From Lepidodermella squamata (Eukaryota > Animalia > Gastrotricha), in the NCBI GenBank assembly GCA_047495785.1, contig JBLDXI010000031.1, positions 1,426,001 through 1,490,000 on the forward strand: a stretch of DNA of 64,000 nucleotides, read 5' to 3'. Positions 11,827 to 25,100 of the stretch are shown piece by piece. The notes under the pieces were generated by a model. It saw only the letters and a list, made by a program, of their open reading frames with translations. It had not been told where the DNA came from and ran no database searches. A program made the position numbers and the translations under genes. Within the stretch, counting starts at the first letter, position 1. The number at the start of each line of letters is the position of its first letter.

Positions 11827-14078
11827 GATGTAAATTTCTAATAAAAGCCTATGCAAATACAAGGACAATTCGAGGGTTAAGTAATATTATTAGGTTAAGC
11901 AAAACCCAACGGCTATTCAGGTAAAAAGTCCCGTGTGTCGCGTGTCAATACTCTAAGATTACAATTATTATGAAAAATGACGTCACACTATGCTGGCGTG
12001 GCTATGCTATATAGAAGCTCAAGTGGCCATACCCTTCAGTTCAATAGGAATGAAGATCTAGCATGGCTATTTACCACAGAATGAGATATAAGATACTATT
12101 TATCATGCTGGCAGAAAAAAACGGCGCATTGTTTTTTCTCGTTTTTTTCTTTGCTACCTGTAGGCATGAAACAGCTTGCGTCATCGATAAATGCGAGAGA
12201 ACAAAACAGCTATTACTGTGCCGATATGTCGAAAGTGATGAGTGATAGGTGTGAGATGCAAGATCGATGAATCACTCGAGGCACGCGCGAATCATGTCAT
12301 TTTTCATAGATTTTGAGATGCATATTTATCGATTCGCTATAATTCACTCAATCAATTGGAATTTAGCTCTAGATACATCAAAAACAGGAGGAAATTCAAA
12401 TGGAGAAGTCTTTTCAGCCTTGCAGCGACTGTCCGTGGGAAGTGAAAGTCAACAGTTAATTGATTTAGAGAAAGAATTTTCACAAAATTAGCAAAACGGT
12501 CATTCGCCAATTGCGGTTCACTTCGATTATAAGTCCATAAATTTATTGAAAAGCCCACCCTGAACCTTGGGACCAAGACTGATGTAGTAGTCCCGAGTCC
12601 TTAACAATAGCTCAAGAACAGCCTAAAGAAAAGAAGATCATTTACAATCGTATTTAGGATTGAAAATTTGCTGCTATTCCAACATCTACAGTACATATAT
12701 GAGTTAGGAATACCGCCGGTGTAATATTCAGCTCCATACACAAAAAATATAGAGACATATGGCCGATGAAAATTATGCTGCGATACAGCACTCATCTACG
12801 ATGCGTTTTTTGCTGAAATGGCTAATTAAACAGCTGTTCGAAGAATGGCCCTATTTTCGAAAAATTAAGACATTTCACACACGATTTTCAACCATTTCTT
12901 GAAAGATTTTTCCTACGCAGACAGTAAGGACAGTTCTATATCAAGATTATATAGTATACAGTATTCCTGATTCCAAAAAGATGAGCATATTCCGATTAAT
13001 GCTGACGTGTTCCGCTTACGTGTCTGATGAATGTAATGCCCATATGATTCCCAAAAAAACTGGAATACATCGGTAGAAAAAGTGCGCGAAAAGTGCTATA
13101 TTATGATGTGAAGCTTGATTTTCTATATATATGTTGATGCATTCATATTATGCGGGCATGAAGAAATAGCCTGCGTGTTCTCGCCATATGCACAGTCAAC
13201 AACAAGGGCAATATTCGCAGATATGGAACAACATAATAATAAGTGATATAAGCAGTGTATGGCGTAAGGCCAAAAACATAGAAAAACTGCTTTTGGCCAG
13301 CGCTTTCACATTATTTATTGCGAAGAGTGCGTGCATTATATATATATAGCAGTGCGTAGTAGTGCGAGTGGCCGCGTTATTTATTATATAGAATAAGGCG
13401 CGCTTTTATTACGCAGTCGCATTTTGGGCGCAATGAGCGCGCACGCGGCAAGCCAAATAATAATAACGCAAACATGAAAACAAACACGCATTTTCCTTAT
13501 CAAGTAAAAATGGGCTCTTATTGAATTTGAAAATCAATATATAAGGTGACAAAGTATTGCAAAAAGGGTTTCCGACCGGAATACGGAAAATGAAAAATAT
13601 GTATCGTCTGGACTCGAATTGAAATTCTTAGGAATTACCGAAATCCCAGTTTCCCATCCACATTAATTGTATTACATTCTTTTGAATGTACCTTTCAAAC
13701 CTACCATGTCAGATTTGGCCAAACCTACTGCCAATAGGAAACAGATTGAAATTTATGGCGCTTTCCGCCTTTTCACAGTGGTTATCCTTCTAGAAGTTAT
13801 CAATCAGTACTAACCTAAGAGAACTGATACCCTGAAACTTCAAGTTTTGGTCGCGATTCGCGATTCCTTGAGACGCAGGGAAACAGATGCTCGTGAACTC
13901 CACAGTACCTTCGCTGACCAAGGTTGCCGATGCTTTTTGAAGCACAGCTGGTGTTTCCTTGCTGAATTTTATATCACTCTTCGGCGCATGCTCACTGTAG
14001 CAGAATTTACGATTTTAGCATATATCAGCTAGAGAATGCAGCTTAATTCACTTCGCCCAGTGTGTTCTGTTCCCTACA

Positions 14079-14802
14079 ATGGACAAGCTTTACGCTATTT
14101 CAAGCCATACGAATCTGTCAGCAGTTTGCATGAGGCACTGTATCAAGTTTGAAGACCTGCAACATTGCGCCAAGGACTGCATCGGTCTTCGCATCACCGA
14201 TCGGCGCTTCAAGCTTGATATCGACCGGAAACGAGTCAAGGACCTGAGAGAAGCTCAACGGCGGGTTGAACGGGCGATTTTCGCCAAATTGACGCAAGAA
14301 AGCCAGGTGAACGCTTCGCTGTCAATGAGCGTTCGAAAGGTCCAGCTTGCGGAAGGATTGGCTGAAGCGATTATCGATGAATTAAAGAGCCAATGCTCGA
14401 TTCTTTCCAAGTTTCGAGAGCGTAAGCTAACCTTTAACCTAAGGTGTTATAAATCGAAACATATTTTCAGGTGAAAATGAGACGAATTTCCAGTGGGCCA
14501 AGTGCTACGGCGTTACTAAGGTCGTCGAAGGTTTCGAGCAGTGTGAGTATGCGGAAATCTCCATGGCCGGGAAAATCTGTTTCAAGACGCGAATTTTGCA
14601 GAAGCATCTACTGAATCTCAGCTTAGACATTAGTTTTCAAGCGCTGACGCTCAACGCTCGTGATCTGAAGTTCCGAGCTTTGCCTGGGCTGGACGTTGGA
14701 ACTTTCATCAGCGATCTGCAGTGGCAAGGTGTCGATGAGACTATTGTTATCAGCTCACCTTGCGGCGAAAAATCTGATAATATTGCCAGCATTCGGTTCT
14801 GA
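14079..14802 (+). CDS. Two-exon orphan protein (~224 aa) with an N-terminal Cys/His cluster and predicted coiled coil; exons 14079-14421 and 14471-14802
   Basis: A 49-nt GTAAG...TTTTCAG intron joins two ORFs in frame. AATAAA at ~14877 follows the stop. Confidence 0.6.
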
Positions 14803-15723
14803 AGCTTCTCGAAGCTCTGCATCGGCTGAGAGACTTCCAAGTATTGGACGATTAATTGATTTTGAGCACCTTCATAAATAAAATGTGATTACAGCAGTTT
14901 CGTTTTCTCAGTGTTACATTTTACATAGGGTATTGGAAAATACATGATGCTCAAAATATTCCGTAATGCCAATCCCTTGTTCCAGGAAAAAATTTAGGTT
15001 TGGATCAAAATTTATGTTTACTGCACTAAACAATCCGGAACTGGGACTCGCCTGCGCCGAACTTTCAAAAGTGAGTAAAACTATCCGCCCAATACCGATA
15101 AAAATAAAAATACCGATAATTACTGAACCCCGTGGTTTTACCGAGCTACGTCAAACATGATTCCATTTTCATCGGAGAAATTGTTTGAAATTATCAGAAT
15201 CTCATATAGCGAACGCGCAAAGATTCTGAAAATGAACCAGAATACCTCAAACAAGTCGATCTTGAATCTTTTGTTTTCTGAAGGGATTCCACAAGTTTGC
15301 TAAATGTAATCGACAACCATTGAACTTCGATAACCAGTGTTTTTTTGGTTACGATTCAGCCACGATGGTTCTGGGAACAGTATCGATTTCTGCAACTTGT
15401 GGAACACAAGATTTTCCCAAATCTATCGAACCCATGATCCCCATATGTGGCCCAACTTCCGCTTTCAGTACAACCATCACAATCTCTCGCTTTCAAATTT
15501 TTATTTTGGAAGTTTCGGCTATTAAAATTCGTTCAAGTAATACATCATCATAGTTTCGTTCGAATAAGCGCAACAGTCATCAAATCTCTTTATCATATAT
15601 CTTTTACACAGGAAGTAAATAGCATGTTTCAAATTGATCGATAGAACCTTTTCTATAACATCACTTGATATATCGTGTTCAAAAAAACCCAAGAAATAAT
15701 ATCATCGCCAAATTGATGGTTGA

Positions 15724-18700
15724 TCATCCATCACTGGAGCTGGAACTCGACTTGCTGCCTCGCCGCCGCTGCTGCTGCGACAAGGCCGGCTCGTCCTCGC
15801 CCTGCTCCGCAATGTCGTCCTCGTCGGTTTCGTACAGACTCTCGCGGCCCTCGGCGATCGCCGACAGGTGCGAGTTGGCCGACGACGACGTGGTGATCTC
15901 GCCGAGGCCGAGCGCAGAGACGCCGCTCAACGGCAGTTTGCGCCGCTTCCGCCCCGACTCGTAAATGTGCCGGCTGTCGGCGGACACGGCCGCCTGGCTC
16001 GCCATCGTCACCGCCAGCGTCACAACCGGGTTTTTGTAGATCGAGCGGTGCTCGGAAAGACCAATCTACGGCAAAGCGAAAATGACATTTTCATCGAGTT
16101 TTGACAATATTTAGTATGAAATTTTCAGGGATTTTTACATTGATGCCTTATAATTTTCCAATTTCATCAAAATTCTATTGGTCCCCGGGAAACTAGAAAA
16201 AGCCGAAATTCGGATTTCCGAATCGCTGGGATCCGTTTTTCAGGTCTTCCGGGGCTCTTAGGGTACAGATCGGAGGCGAATGATCAGACCAGTGGCAAAG
16301 TTGGCAGCCAAATCCACGCGTCAAACTTGCGTGAAGACTATATTTGCAGTTGGTATTTTATGCGATTTCTTATGGAATCGCTGTTCCCATCAATACGTTC
16401 AAGGTCACCTTTGAAATCTGCTCATTTATTGAAACAAAGTTCCACTGCTTTGAGTTTCCGTGTTCGCAAGGGAGCCGAGTAATCGACGATGTATTTCATA
16501 AGAAAAAAACAGAACTTAGGTCTGAACTCACTGTCCTGTCCATCAAGGAACTCTAAAATCATAGCTTGATAAAAAATGCAAATGAAAATTTCCCTATCAA
16601 TATGAAGTCTAATCGGCGTACTACAAAAAAACCCAAGTATCTCTCTATTCACGCATATTAGATACTGCAAGAGCGAAGAGTCTTTTCAATACCACCATTT
16701 AATTGGTGTTTTCTGTTCGCACATTGGTGTTTCTAACTTGGTTTCACATTATGGTCTCCGCACTGTAGCTTGAGACCTGCTGTCTGTAGCTGAAATACTC
16801 GCAAAAGAAATGGCGGAAACTGAATTTTTTAAATGTATACAGCCAAGCTAATGCAGCGCAAATATCGAAGTCTTGTATATTTTCGTTAGGCATAATTCAT
16901 TTTGGAAAAAGGACACAATAAAAAGCTGTTCGTTGTCTTCATTAATCACTGTCTCGCTCATCGCTTGTAACTGGCTATCCGAGACGCTCTTCAAGGCAAC
17001 CTCGCTGTCACCTCGCTTTTCACTGATTTAGTAAATGACATCTATGCTTACTATTCCCGCTCACCGAAGGCGTTGCGTGAACTGAAACTTATCGCCGCCG
17101 ATTTTGGCATCGTCAAGACGATGCAGCGTCTTCTATAGATATATATATCTGGCGTGACTTGCTTTCGCTGTGGTGGTTCAAATCATTACCAGCAACACTG
17201 CATGATGAACAGGTACAACAACAATGGCCTTCGAGGCAACGGTCGTGGTTATGGTGACAGTATAATCGAGCGAACCGAATATCTCGTTTTGTTGAGCCTT
17301 ATGTACTACTTTTCGAAGTAATTTCGATATACGGGTAGTATGCAATTACTGTATATCTACTAATTTTTGGTGGTCATTAATTTTCGGCCTGTACTTCAAT
17401 TTCGGTGGATTTTAAATTGTTGTTTTAATTATATTCGGTGTTTTTAATTTCGGTATTTTCGCAAAAACACACCGAATTCAAAGATCAAATTTATGAAATT
17501 TAAGATCAATTATAGAGGTAGTATTGTGAATTTGGGGCATATACCTCTAGGAAGTAGTCGACACTGACGGCGGAGCAATAGAAAGACGGAATGACAGCGG
17601 GCAGGCTGCAGCGCACGTTCGACCAGTTGCGGTCCTTGAACGGCTGGATCGGCGTGTTGTCCGCGTCCGGCGTCAGCGCCCATTCTTGCAGGCTCTTCTT
17701 CACCGATTTAGAGCCAAGCCCTTAACGTATATAAAAATTCAATAAAATGAGAGAAGAAATCGAAGTGTTCTCAACTCACAGTTGAATTGCGACGACTGGC
17801 GCTGGATGAGTTTGACGTACGGCTGGGCTGGCTTGCCCCGCAGGTTGTGAAAGCGCGCGTTCAGCTGCATCATGTCGCCCTGGTGCTGGAACAACGACCG
17901 TTCGATTTTCGCATAAACAGACCTAAAATTAACATGGCAACAAGAAACGATTAAATACAAGAAATACTTGAGAATAATTGGACAATTTAGTCGAAAATTA
18001 AACTTAGGAGTTATTTTTTACGTATTTCAAACTTTTGCACCAATCTGAAATTGTACCTACGCAGCTTCTCTGTAAGATTCATACGGTTTCCATACTTGAC
18101 GTATTTCGTCGAATATCTCGAAAAAATTGAGTCGGCGCAACAGGCGAGGCTTGCAGACTTCAAGGAAACCTTGACAAGTTTGAAAACAGGGTTCAATTGC
18201 TCTATCCCCAAGCTAACAAATCTCCACAAATTAAAGCTTGAAGGCAGATTCAGAACTGACCAAATCTGTACTTGGAAAATGTTCGATGAGTTCCTTGACT
18301 TCGTAATTACTTTTTCATACGGTTTCCATACTTGACGTATTTTTTCGAATACCTTGAAAGAATTGAGTCGGCGCAACGGGCGAAGCTAGCAGACTTCCAG
18401 GAAACCTTGATAAATTTGAAAGCTGGGTTCAATTGCTCTATTCCGAAACTCACAACTCTCCGCAAATTCAAGCTCGAAGACAGATTCAGAGCTGGCCAAG
18501 TCTGGACTTGGAAAAGTTTCACCGAGATCTTTGACTTCGTTATTGCTGGATTGCTGGGGAGGTTCCTAATCTCCTGAAACCTGAAACCGAGCTTCGAACA
18601 AATTCAAGCTTGAAGACAGATTCAGAGCTTGTCAAGTCTGAACTTGGAAAATGTTCACCGATTTCTTTGATTTTTTTTCATTTGATTAGACGAAGCTTGC

Positions 18701-21700
18701 AGACTTCAAAGAAACCTTGACGAATTTAAAAACAGGGTTCAATTGCTCTATCCCCAAGCTCACAACTCTCCACAAATTCAAGCTCGAAGACAGATTCAGA
18801 ACTGGTCAAGTCCTTACTTGGAAAATGTTCGCCGAGTTTCATTGCTGGATTGCTGGGGAGGGTTCCTGAAACGAACAGCCGCCGCCAAAGTGGCTACGGT
18901 TTCATCAGCGACTCGGACAATGTTCATCGTAGCTTTTGTCCTCGGCTGAAATGCCTGACAGCTGCGACAACTGGACAGCCGACACTGCTGCCGATCCGAA
19001 GTTGTCCAACATTTCAAAAATCTACATTCTACAACCCTCAAATCCATGTCCTCATGACAAATCAAATAGAGAGCCAGATTGCACGGCTGTGCCCGATTTT
19101 AGTGACTCACGTCACCTGCGATTTCGAACTAGCGCTACTCAATAGGCTTCGAGCTGTCACGATTATTGGTTGCTTGTTCCAATTGTGTCAGACTATCTTA
19201 AAACAGGAGCATAGACATGGCATTGCTGCTGCGCGATCTGACGTTCGCAGCTCGATCAGTACTTCGAAAATTTGGAAACCTTTTGGTAACTGAATCAAGC
19301 GAAGAGGAGCAGCAAGAAGAGTAACGACTGATAAAACTGTTGTGCTCACATCGACTTTTATCAACCCCTTTATGATCACTCAGTTACTATTCACCATTTA
19401 CCATTTAAAATGCTACAATTCGTTTCTCAATTTAAAAATTTGTTAATCAATTCGGACATAGTTTTTAATCGCTTATCTAGGAGAAACGAAGTTTGATATA
19501 ATTCAGATGACTCCTCATAAAATCGCAAAAACCTTGCAAAATAAACCCTATAAATATGGAAAAATCCTCGAACAAATTAAAAAGGGTCTTCCTTTTACCG
19601 GATCCAAATTTCCAGCAGCGGAACCAAATTTTGGAATTTTCTAGTGGCCTGAAATATCGCTTTTCGAATATTTCTTAAAGGTCAATATTGAACACAATAA
19701 TACAACAAAAATCACCGGTAAATTCAGCGTAACATTCGTAGAATTCTCTATAAGATCAATTCAGAAGTCATGCTTCGCCCGAAATTCGTAGAATTATTCA
19801 AAAAAGGAATTTACGACTTTGGTTCCGCTCACCGTAAATTTGGTTCCGCTAAAAGATATTCTATTTAAAAAGCTACCACATTGCTAAAATTGATTGATTA
19901 AAAATTCGCCTACTATATGGAACTGGCTATGGCAAGTACTGACCTGTTGCCGTAGGATAGACAGCAAAAGGACATGCTGCGGCGGTCGAAGTCGTCGTCC
20001 GAGCCCGTGTGCGTCTTCGGGTCCACTTGGCCGTCGTGGCGAATTTCCAGCGGCAGCTTAGCCGTCGCGCATCTGTGCCGCGCCCGCAGCCGGTAACGAA
20101 TGCGAACATGCGCGCCGTCGAAAGATGGCGGCAATCTAAAAATACACAGAAAAGAAAAACATACAGTATAAAATAAATCACCATGGATAATCCTGTTGAA
20201 CATATTCACAAGCCGGATAAATATTCGAAATCTCCAATAAAAATTATAATAATTATTAGAATTTCCCGAACGAGGAAAAACCATTTTTGGAAAATTGAAT
20301 TGAGTTCAACTAACAAAGTTCTGAATTCTGAATGAAAGTGTGGCAACATGTAGTAAATTTTCAGTCTTTGTTCAATGTTGTCTGACTGATGGAAAATAGA
20401 ATAACTTTTTAATGCTGTAAACTTACTTGTCTGGAAGTTTAAAGTCGAAGTAGAAGAAAGCTTGACTGTCGGAAGACAAATCTGGAGAAAAATAGAGAAA
20501 AAAATTACAAATGGGATCGAAAAATAGGTATTGATAAGTTGACCCAGATTGCCTAGGTCCAAGTCTTGAGGTGTCAGAAAAAGGGTCTTAGCGGAACCAA
20601 ATTTTGGAATTTTTAATGGGTCTAAAACTTTTCGAAGCTTTCAAGCTTGTCATGATTTATTATCAGCATAATTTGAAACAAATCATCATCAAATTCAGCG
20701 CAAAATTCTGTAGAAGACGCATTCTTCACTATAGAATTATACGTTTCCTTAATTTCGTAGATATATTCAAAAAGCGACCTTATTTTATTCAATTGTTAAT
20801 GATATGTTCAAATTTCACATTTTGACAGCATACAAAAATTCTAAAAATTCTCATTTTCGATAAATCATATTCAATCCTTGTTCTCAATACTGAAGATAGC
20901 AAGTTGATTAAATGTCTGATAAGAATAATAAGAATCTATTTTCCCAATTAAGACTCGGTAACATGCACATTTTTTCAAGTTTAAGTTAATTAAAATTTAA
21001 ACATTTGTTACCACATCCAAATTTGCATTTTGCGGAACCAATATCGAAATGTGCACTTTTCGATTAATTTTAGGAATTGTAGGCGAGGAATTTGAGTAGA
21101 GTTCTGCGCAGATTTACGCTGAATTTAATGACTATCAATTTAGAATTTTATTGGTTCCATTTCCGAAAAATTTTCATAGGCCCATTAAAAATTCCCAAAT
21201 TTGGTTCCGCTCACCGTAAATTTGGTTCCAATTTTTGCTCAAATTGAGAGTTTTGTTCAATTATTATTTGAAAATGTCTCCAATATACCTCGAGGTACAG
21301 GTAACTCTCGCCGTTCGTTCAGGTAGACGTCTTGAACGCGAAACAACTTGCCGCCGATGCGCGTCTTCGCGTAGCCCTGCAGCGTGATCACAATCGCCGA
21401 TTCGTCATTCGCCGCCGCCGCCGCCGGCGAACTTCGATTATTGCCACCCGCCAGTTTGCTATGGCTATTGCTATCCTCGCAATTATTATTTTCATCGCCG
21501 ATTTTCGACGACAACTCGTCCTCGCAACTACTCGTATTCAGGCTGTAATTCGACGCCGGACCCTCAGACCGGTAAGACTCGTTCCACTTTGACGACGAAT
21601 TCTGGCTCGAAGTGTTCGTGCTATTCGGATCAAGTGGCGTTGAGCTGTCGTTGATTTTATTCGAATTATCGTTTTTCGCCGCGTTGCTTTGTTCGAAAAA

Positions 21701-21922
21701 TATTTGAACACTGCCAGTTATTGTGTCGCCGGCGTAAAACGCGGCCGTTGAGCTAAGGCCGTGAAGTTGCATTGAAATCGATTTTACGACATTTTTCGGT
21801 TGGTTTTCGCAAAATTTGGTCTTCTTCTTGTTCGAACTTTTCGAACTGCCGCCCGTTATGCTGTTGTTTGTTTCATCGGCTGATAGAAAACCAGTGTCTG
21901 ACATTTCCAGTTTCGGGTACAT
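15724..21922 (-). CDS. Divergent alpha-arrestin 4 with long repeat-filled introns; exons approx. 21922-21289, 20481-20427, ~20135-19944, ~17922-17780, ~17721-17545, ~16065-15724
   Basis: FYAGDTITGSV, LQGYAKT, FDFKLPDKLPPSFDGAHVRIRYRL, SFCCLSYG, PYVKLIQRQ, LPAVIPSF, VSVDYFLE. The first two intron positions match arrestins 3 and 6. Confidence 0.8.
18078..18872 (+). repeat. Tandem array of ~236-bp units: two full copies (18078, 18314) and two partial copies (~18598, ~18690)
   Basis: Recurrent strings TTCATACGGTTTCCATACTTGACG, GCAGACTTC..GAAACCTTGA, GGGTTCAATTGCTCTAT and CAAATTCAAGCT.GAAGACAGATTCAGA. Confidence 0.9.
18078..19293 (+). mobile_element. Decayed and rearranged MULE (Mutator-like) transposase remnant inside an intron of arrestin 4
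   Basis: PQIHVLMTNQIESQIARL...HVTCDFELALLN...IIGCLFQLCQTI matches the MULE core pattern (ALLPNK...DFE.A..NA...GC.FH..Q), with the His replaced by Gln. The upstream repeats encode a FPYLTYFVEYLEKIE segment resembling the MULE C-terminal HP.I..F...L..E motif. Confidence 0.7.
19583..19862. mobile_element. Short MITE-like repeat, same family as 20590-21229
   Basis: AGCGGAACCAAATTTTGGAATTTT near the left end and TTTGGTTCCGCTCACCGTAAATTTGGTTCC near the right end, both shared with the next element. Confidence 0.5.
20590..21229. mobile_element. MITE-like element with ~34-bp terminal inverted repeats, in arrestin 4 intron 1
   Basis: Left AGCGGAACCAAATTTTGGAATTTTTAATGGGTCT versus reverse complement of right AGCGGAACCAAATTTGGGAATTTTTAATGGGCCT. 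Confidence 0.6.
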
Positions 21923-22029
21923 TTTATTAACAAATTTAAATAATCATTTATAAAATCTATGAAAAAAATTGAAGTAAGGATTAGAAAGTTTATCCGATGC
22001 ACTTGATGACCCTGGGTTATTTTTTGAAG

Positions 22030-22110
22030 CTCGTGATCGATATCGAAAAAAATCATTGATTGATAAAATCGATACTGAAAATCAATATTTGCTGCGCAGG
22101 GTGATCGGCT
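22030..22110 (-). repeat. Dispersed repeat fragment, also at ~28260-28325 (-) and ~28845-28925 (+)
   Basis: Shared core ATCGATTCCAAGTATCGATTTTACAAATC, which yields the spurious IDSKYRFYKS-like peptide in three ORF calls. Confidence 0.6.
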
Positions 22111-25100
22111 ATTATGCCAGGGGGTTACCAATTACTCTTAATTCTGGAAATTATACCTATAATTCGAGGCGATGTGATTTCCGATTTATCAGCAAATTTT
22201 GGCGATTTTAAGAATTTTACATGATTTTTTTAGCGATTTAAATCTTTTCGCATGAAGTTGGGCAATTTTGATTTGCATTTGGAATTGCGTGTTGTGAGTT
22301 GTCAGTGTTCATCGACCCTAATATGTTATATTTATGATCCGATTTCGAACAGATGGCGCATCAGCTGTTCATTTATTAGAAAAATCAAGAAAAATTCATT
22401 TCCGCCCAGTCTGTTTCAAGATTTCCTATTTCCACCTTGATTTCGCGTCAATGCCCTAAAAACCCATCTTAGGGTCTCATTTTTCCTGCAAAACCTGAAA
22501 AGCAGGGTTCCGGCGCTCAATTTAAAACTCTAGGTTTCATGTTCCCCAAAAATAAGCGGATTTTCCAGTTTCACTCCTCCCCCGAAATCTCAAATTTGTT
22601 TAAAGTTAAAACTAAAGTTAACCTGATGCGCTAAAAATACATGTTATAGATAGGTATATGAAACATCTAACGGCACATAATAAAAATTCAATTTCTCAAC
22701 AGACTGAAATTTTTTCGGATAAATCCAGCGGTGTAGCGCCGAGTTTAGTGCACTTGGTACACCTAGTTTTTTTAGCTAGGACACTAAAGGGCGGCAAATG
22801 GCGTACACATTTATAGTCTAATTAAAACTTGTCAAAGTTGAAATAAAAAATAAAATTCTAAGAACAGCAAATCTGTTAAAATTTGTCAAACGTCAAACTG
22901 AATTATTCACCACAGACTTCAGTAAAAAATGGGGCAGGAACGTCCAATATTGGTCGAAGTGTTATTGCTACAAAAAATGTTCAAAATTGTTTACAGAATA
23001 ATCGGCAATAACCTAGTTTTCAAATTTCCGACATATATCTCAACTTCAACGTAAAACAAGGTCTTGAATGGGTTTTATAATGTCCAGGTTTTCACTATCG
23101 CCACGTGCCTGTACAGTTTGGCTACTGCGATAGGCAATATCAAGCCATTTCTTATGACAGATTATGAGGTAAGTAGCTCGTAATCGCGAGTTAGATGAGC
23201 CTTAATTGCCTTCCCTATAAACACCTTGATAATCAATCATAGAGACAATTTTTCAGTCGAAAACAGTTACTTCTGTCAATAACACAGCGTAAACGATCAT
23301 TCCTGTTAGGAATGACAGGTTTGTTAGCTCAAATTATCGATTTAAAGAGTACTTGAACACCTGAAAGAACATTTTTGGAAAGAAAGTTGGACGACGATAG
23401 AATTCTAAAATAATGATCAAATTTGATGACTGGCTGTGTCAATTTTTAATAAATATTCGAAATTTATTAAGAAATTTCAAATTTTTCAAAAAATATAAAC
23501 TCCTAATTTTTAGGCATAATTTTCTAAAAAATAAGAAAACTTGAAAATAATTTGTCGAATTTCTATGAAAATAAATTTTAAAATTTATCGAAAGAAAACA
23601 TGATCAATGGACAATTTTAAAAAATTGGAAGAGCGTTGAAAACAATGACGCAAAATTAGGACAGTATAAAGTCCTCTCGGGTTGAGCAAATAGCGTGTCC
23701 GGGAAAAACCCCAGGCACGAAATTTCAGGTCGTAAAAAAACTCGCCATAGGTAAACATGAGACGATTAGGCCGGCGCAATTTTTTCCCATCGCCCTGTTT
23801 TAAATTTTTAAAAGAGAAATATACAACGGTATACGTCAATATATTCTTCACCTTTTTTACAAACAGAAAAACCATACGCGCTGGAGTATTAAGATATTTT
23901 CAGCTCGAGGTAATAATAATATCTTATCACTACTGTATTTTATTTAAACTATAAAGCACGGGCCATAGATAAGACACGTGCTGCGAGTGAATAAGGAGAT
24001 TATAAAGGCTTTTCTCTACATTTATAGAAGAAGCGCCTCCAGGCATGGAAAAAAACCGCAGTGAGAAAAATTTCACAGACGTGATTTTTTGAATGAATCA
24101 AAGTTAACCTGTAAATTTATCTAAAAATTCATAGGCTAAATAAATAAAGTTTCTCGTCGAAAAATTAAATTTTCAACCCTGGTAAAAATAAAGGCGATAT
24201 CACCTCTGCAAGAGAATATGGGTCATCGCGCCGTAATGTTTGTTGTAAAGCAGAGGAAATGCGATTATAAAGGGTAATATAATAAGGCAAATGAGAAACA
24301 AGCTGCTATACTAGTAATAGTGTGTAGTAGTGGAATAGTAATGAAATAAGTCAAAGTAAAGGCGAACGCTAGAAGACAGAGACTATACAAGAAGCTCTGG
24401 GCACGCGTTAATAATTGAATGGCTGGCGCGCGGTCATCTTCGACGACGTCATTACTGTGAATATATTCTGTGTGTACATCCACAGCAGAAGGAAAAGCCA
24501 GCATCACCACCACCACGGCGTGATAAACAATGGAAATTATTACTACAATATTATTACGATTACTATATTAATGTTATCGCACGTACCTTTTGAGCGAATA
24601 AAAAACAATTAGTGCGAGCCAAAAGTGCCAGCTGCCAAAAAAGTGCGCTTCAACCTCCTGCATTATTAAGAACAAATAAAACAGGGGAAATCGTCAAAAA
24701 AACGAGGACCAATATTCGATGAATAAAAACTGAGTATTCCTTTTGCTGCACTTGGCTTTTCTTTCAGCGGAACAAAAGTTTGACAACATAATTTTGACAA
24801 AAAATGAATTTTTAAAAATTCGGTAATATTACTAGAAAATTCTTTCTGATTTTTAGTATAGGACCTGATCGTCAATTTGAGGATGCAGTGCAAATCCTAA
24901 TTTTAAAAAATTACTGATAAATTCAAAATTTTAATTAGGAGTTCGGAACTAAAATTACTCTCGAATATTCATGAGCTAAAACATTTTCGGAAATTATATC
25001 AATGAAATTTATAATAGCCAGAATATTCCCTCGTTTTGGAGAATTTGTTTGCTTTTCGCCAACTTTTAACCTTGATGAAGAGATACAGAAGAGATAGTTT

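Noticed and set aside
18078-18872. CRISPR-like array
   Set aside because: The units are long degenerate tandem duplications without unique spacers, the context is eukaryotic, and there are no cas genes.
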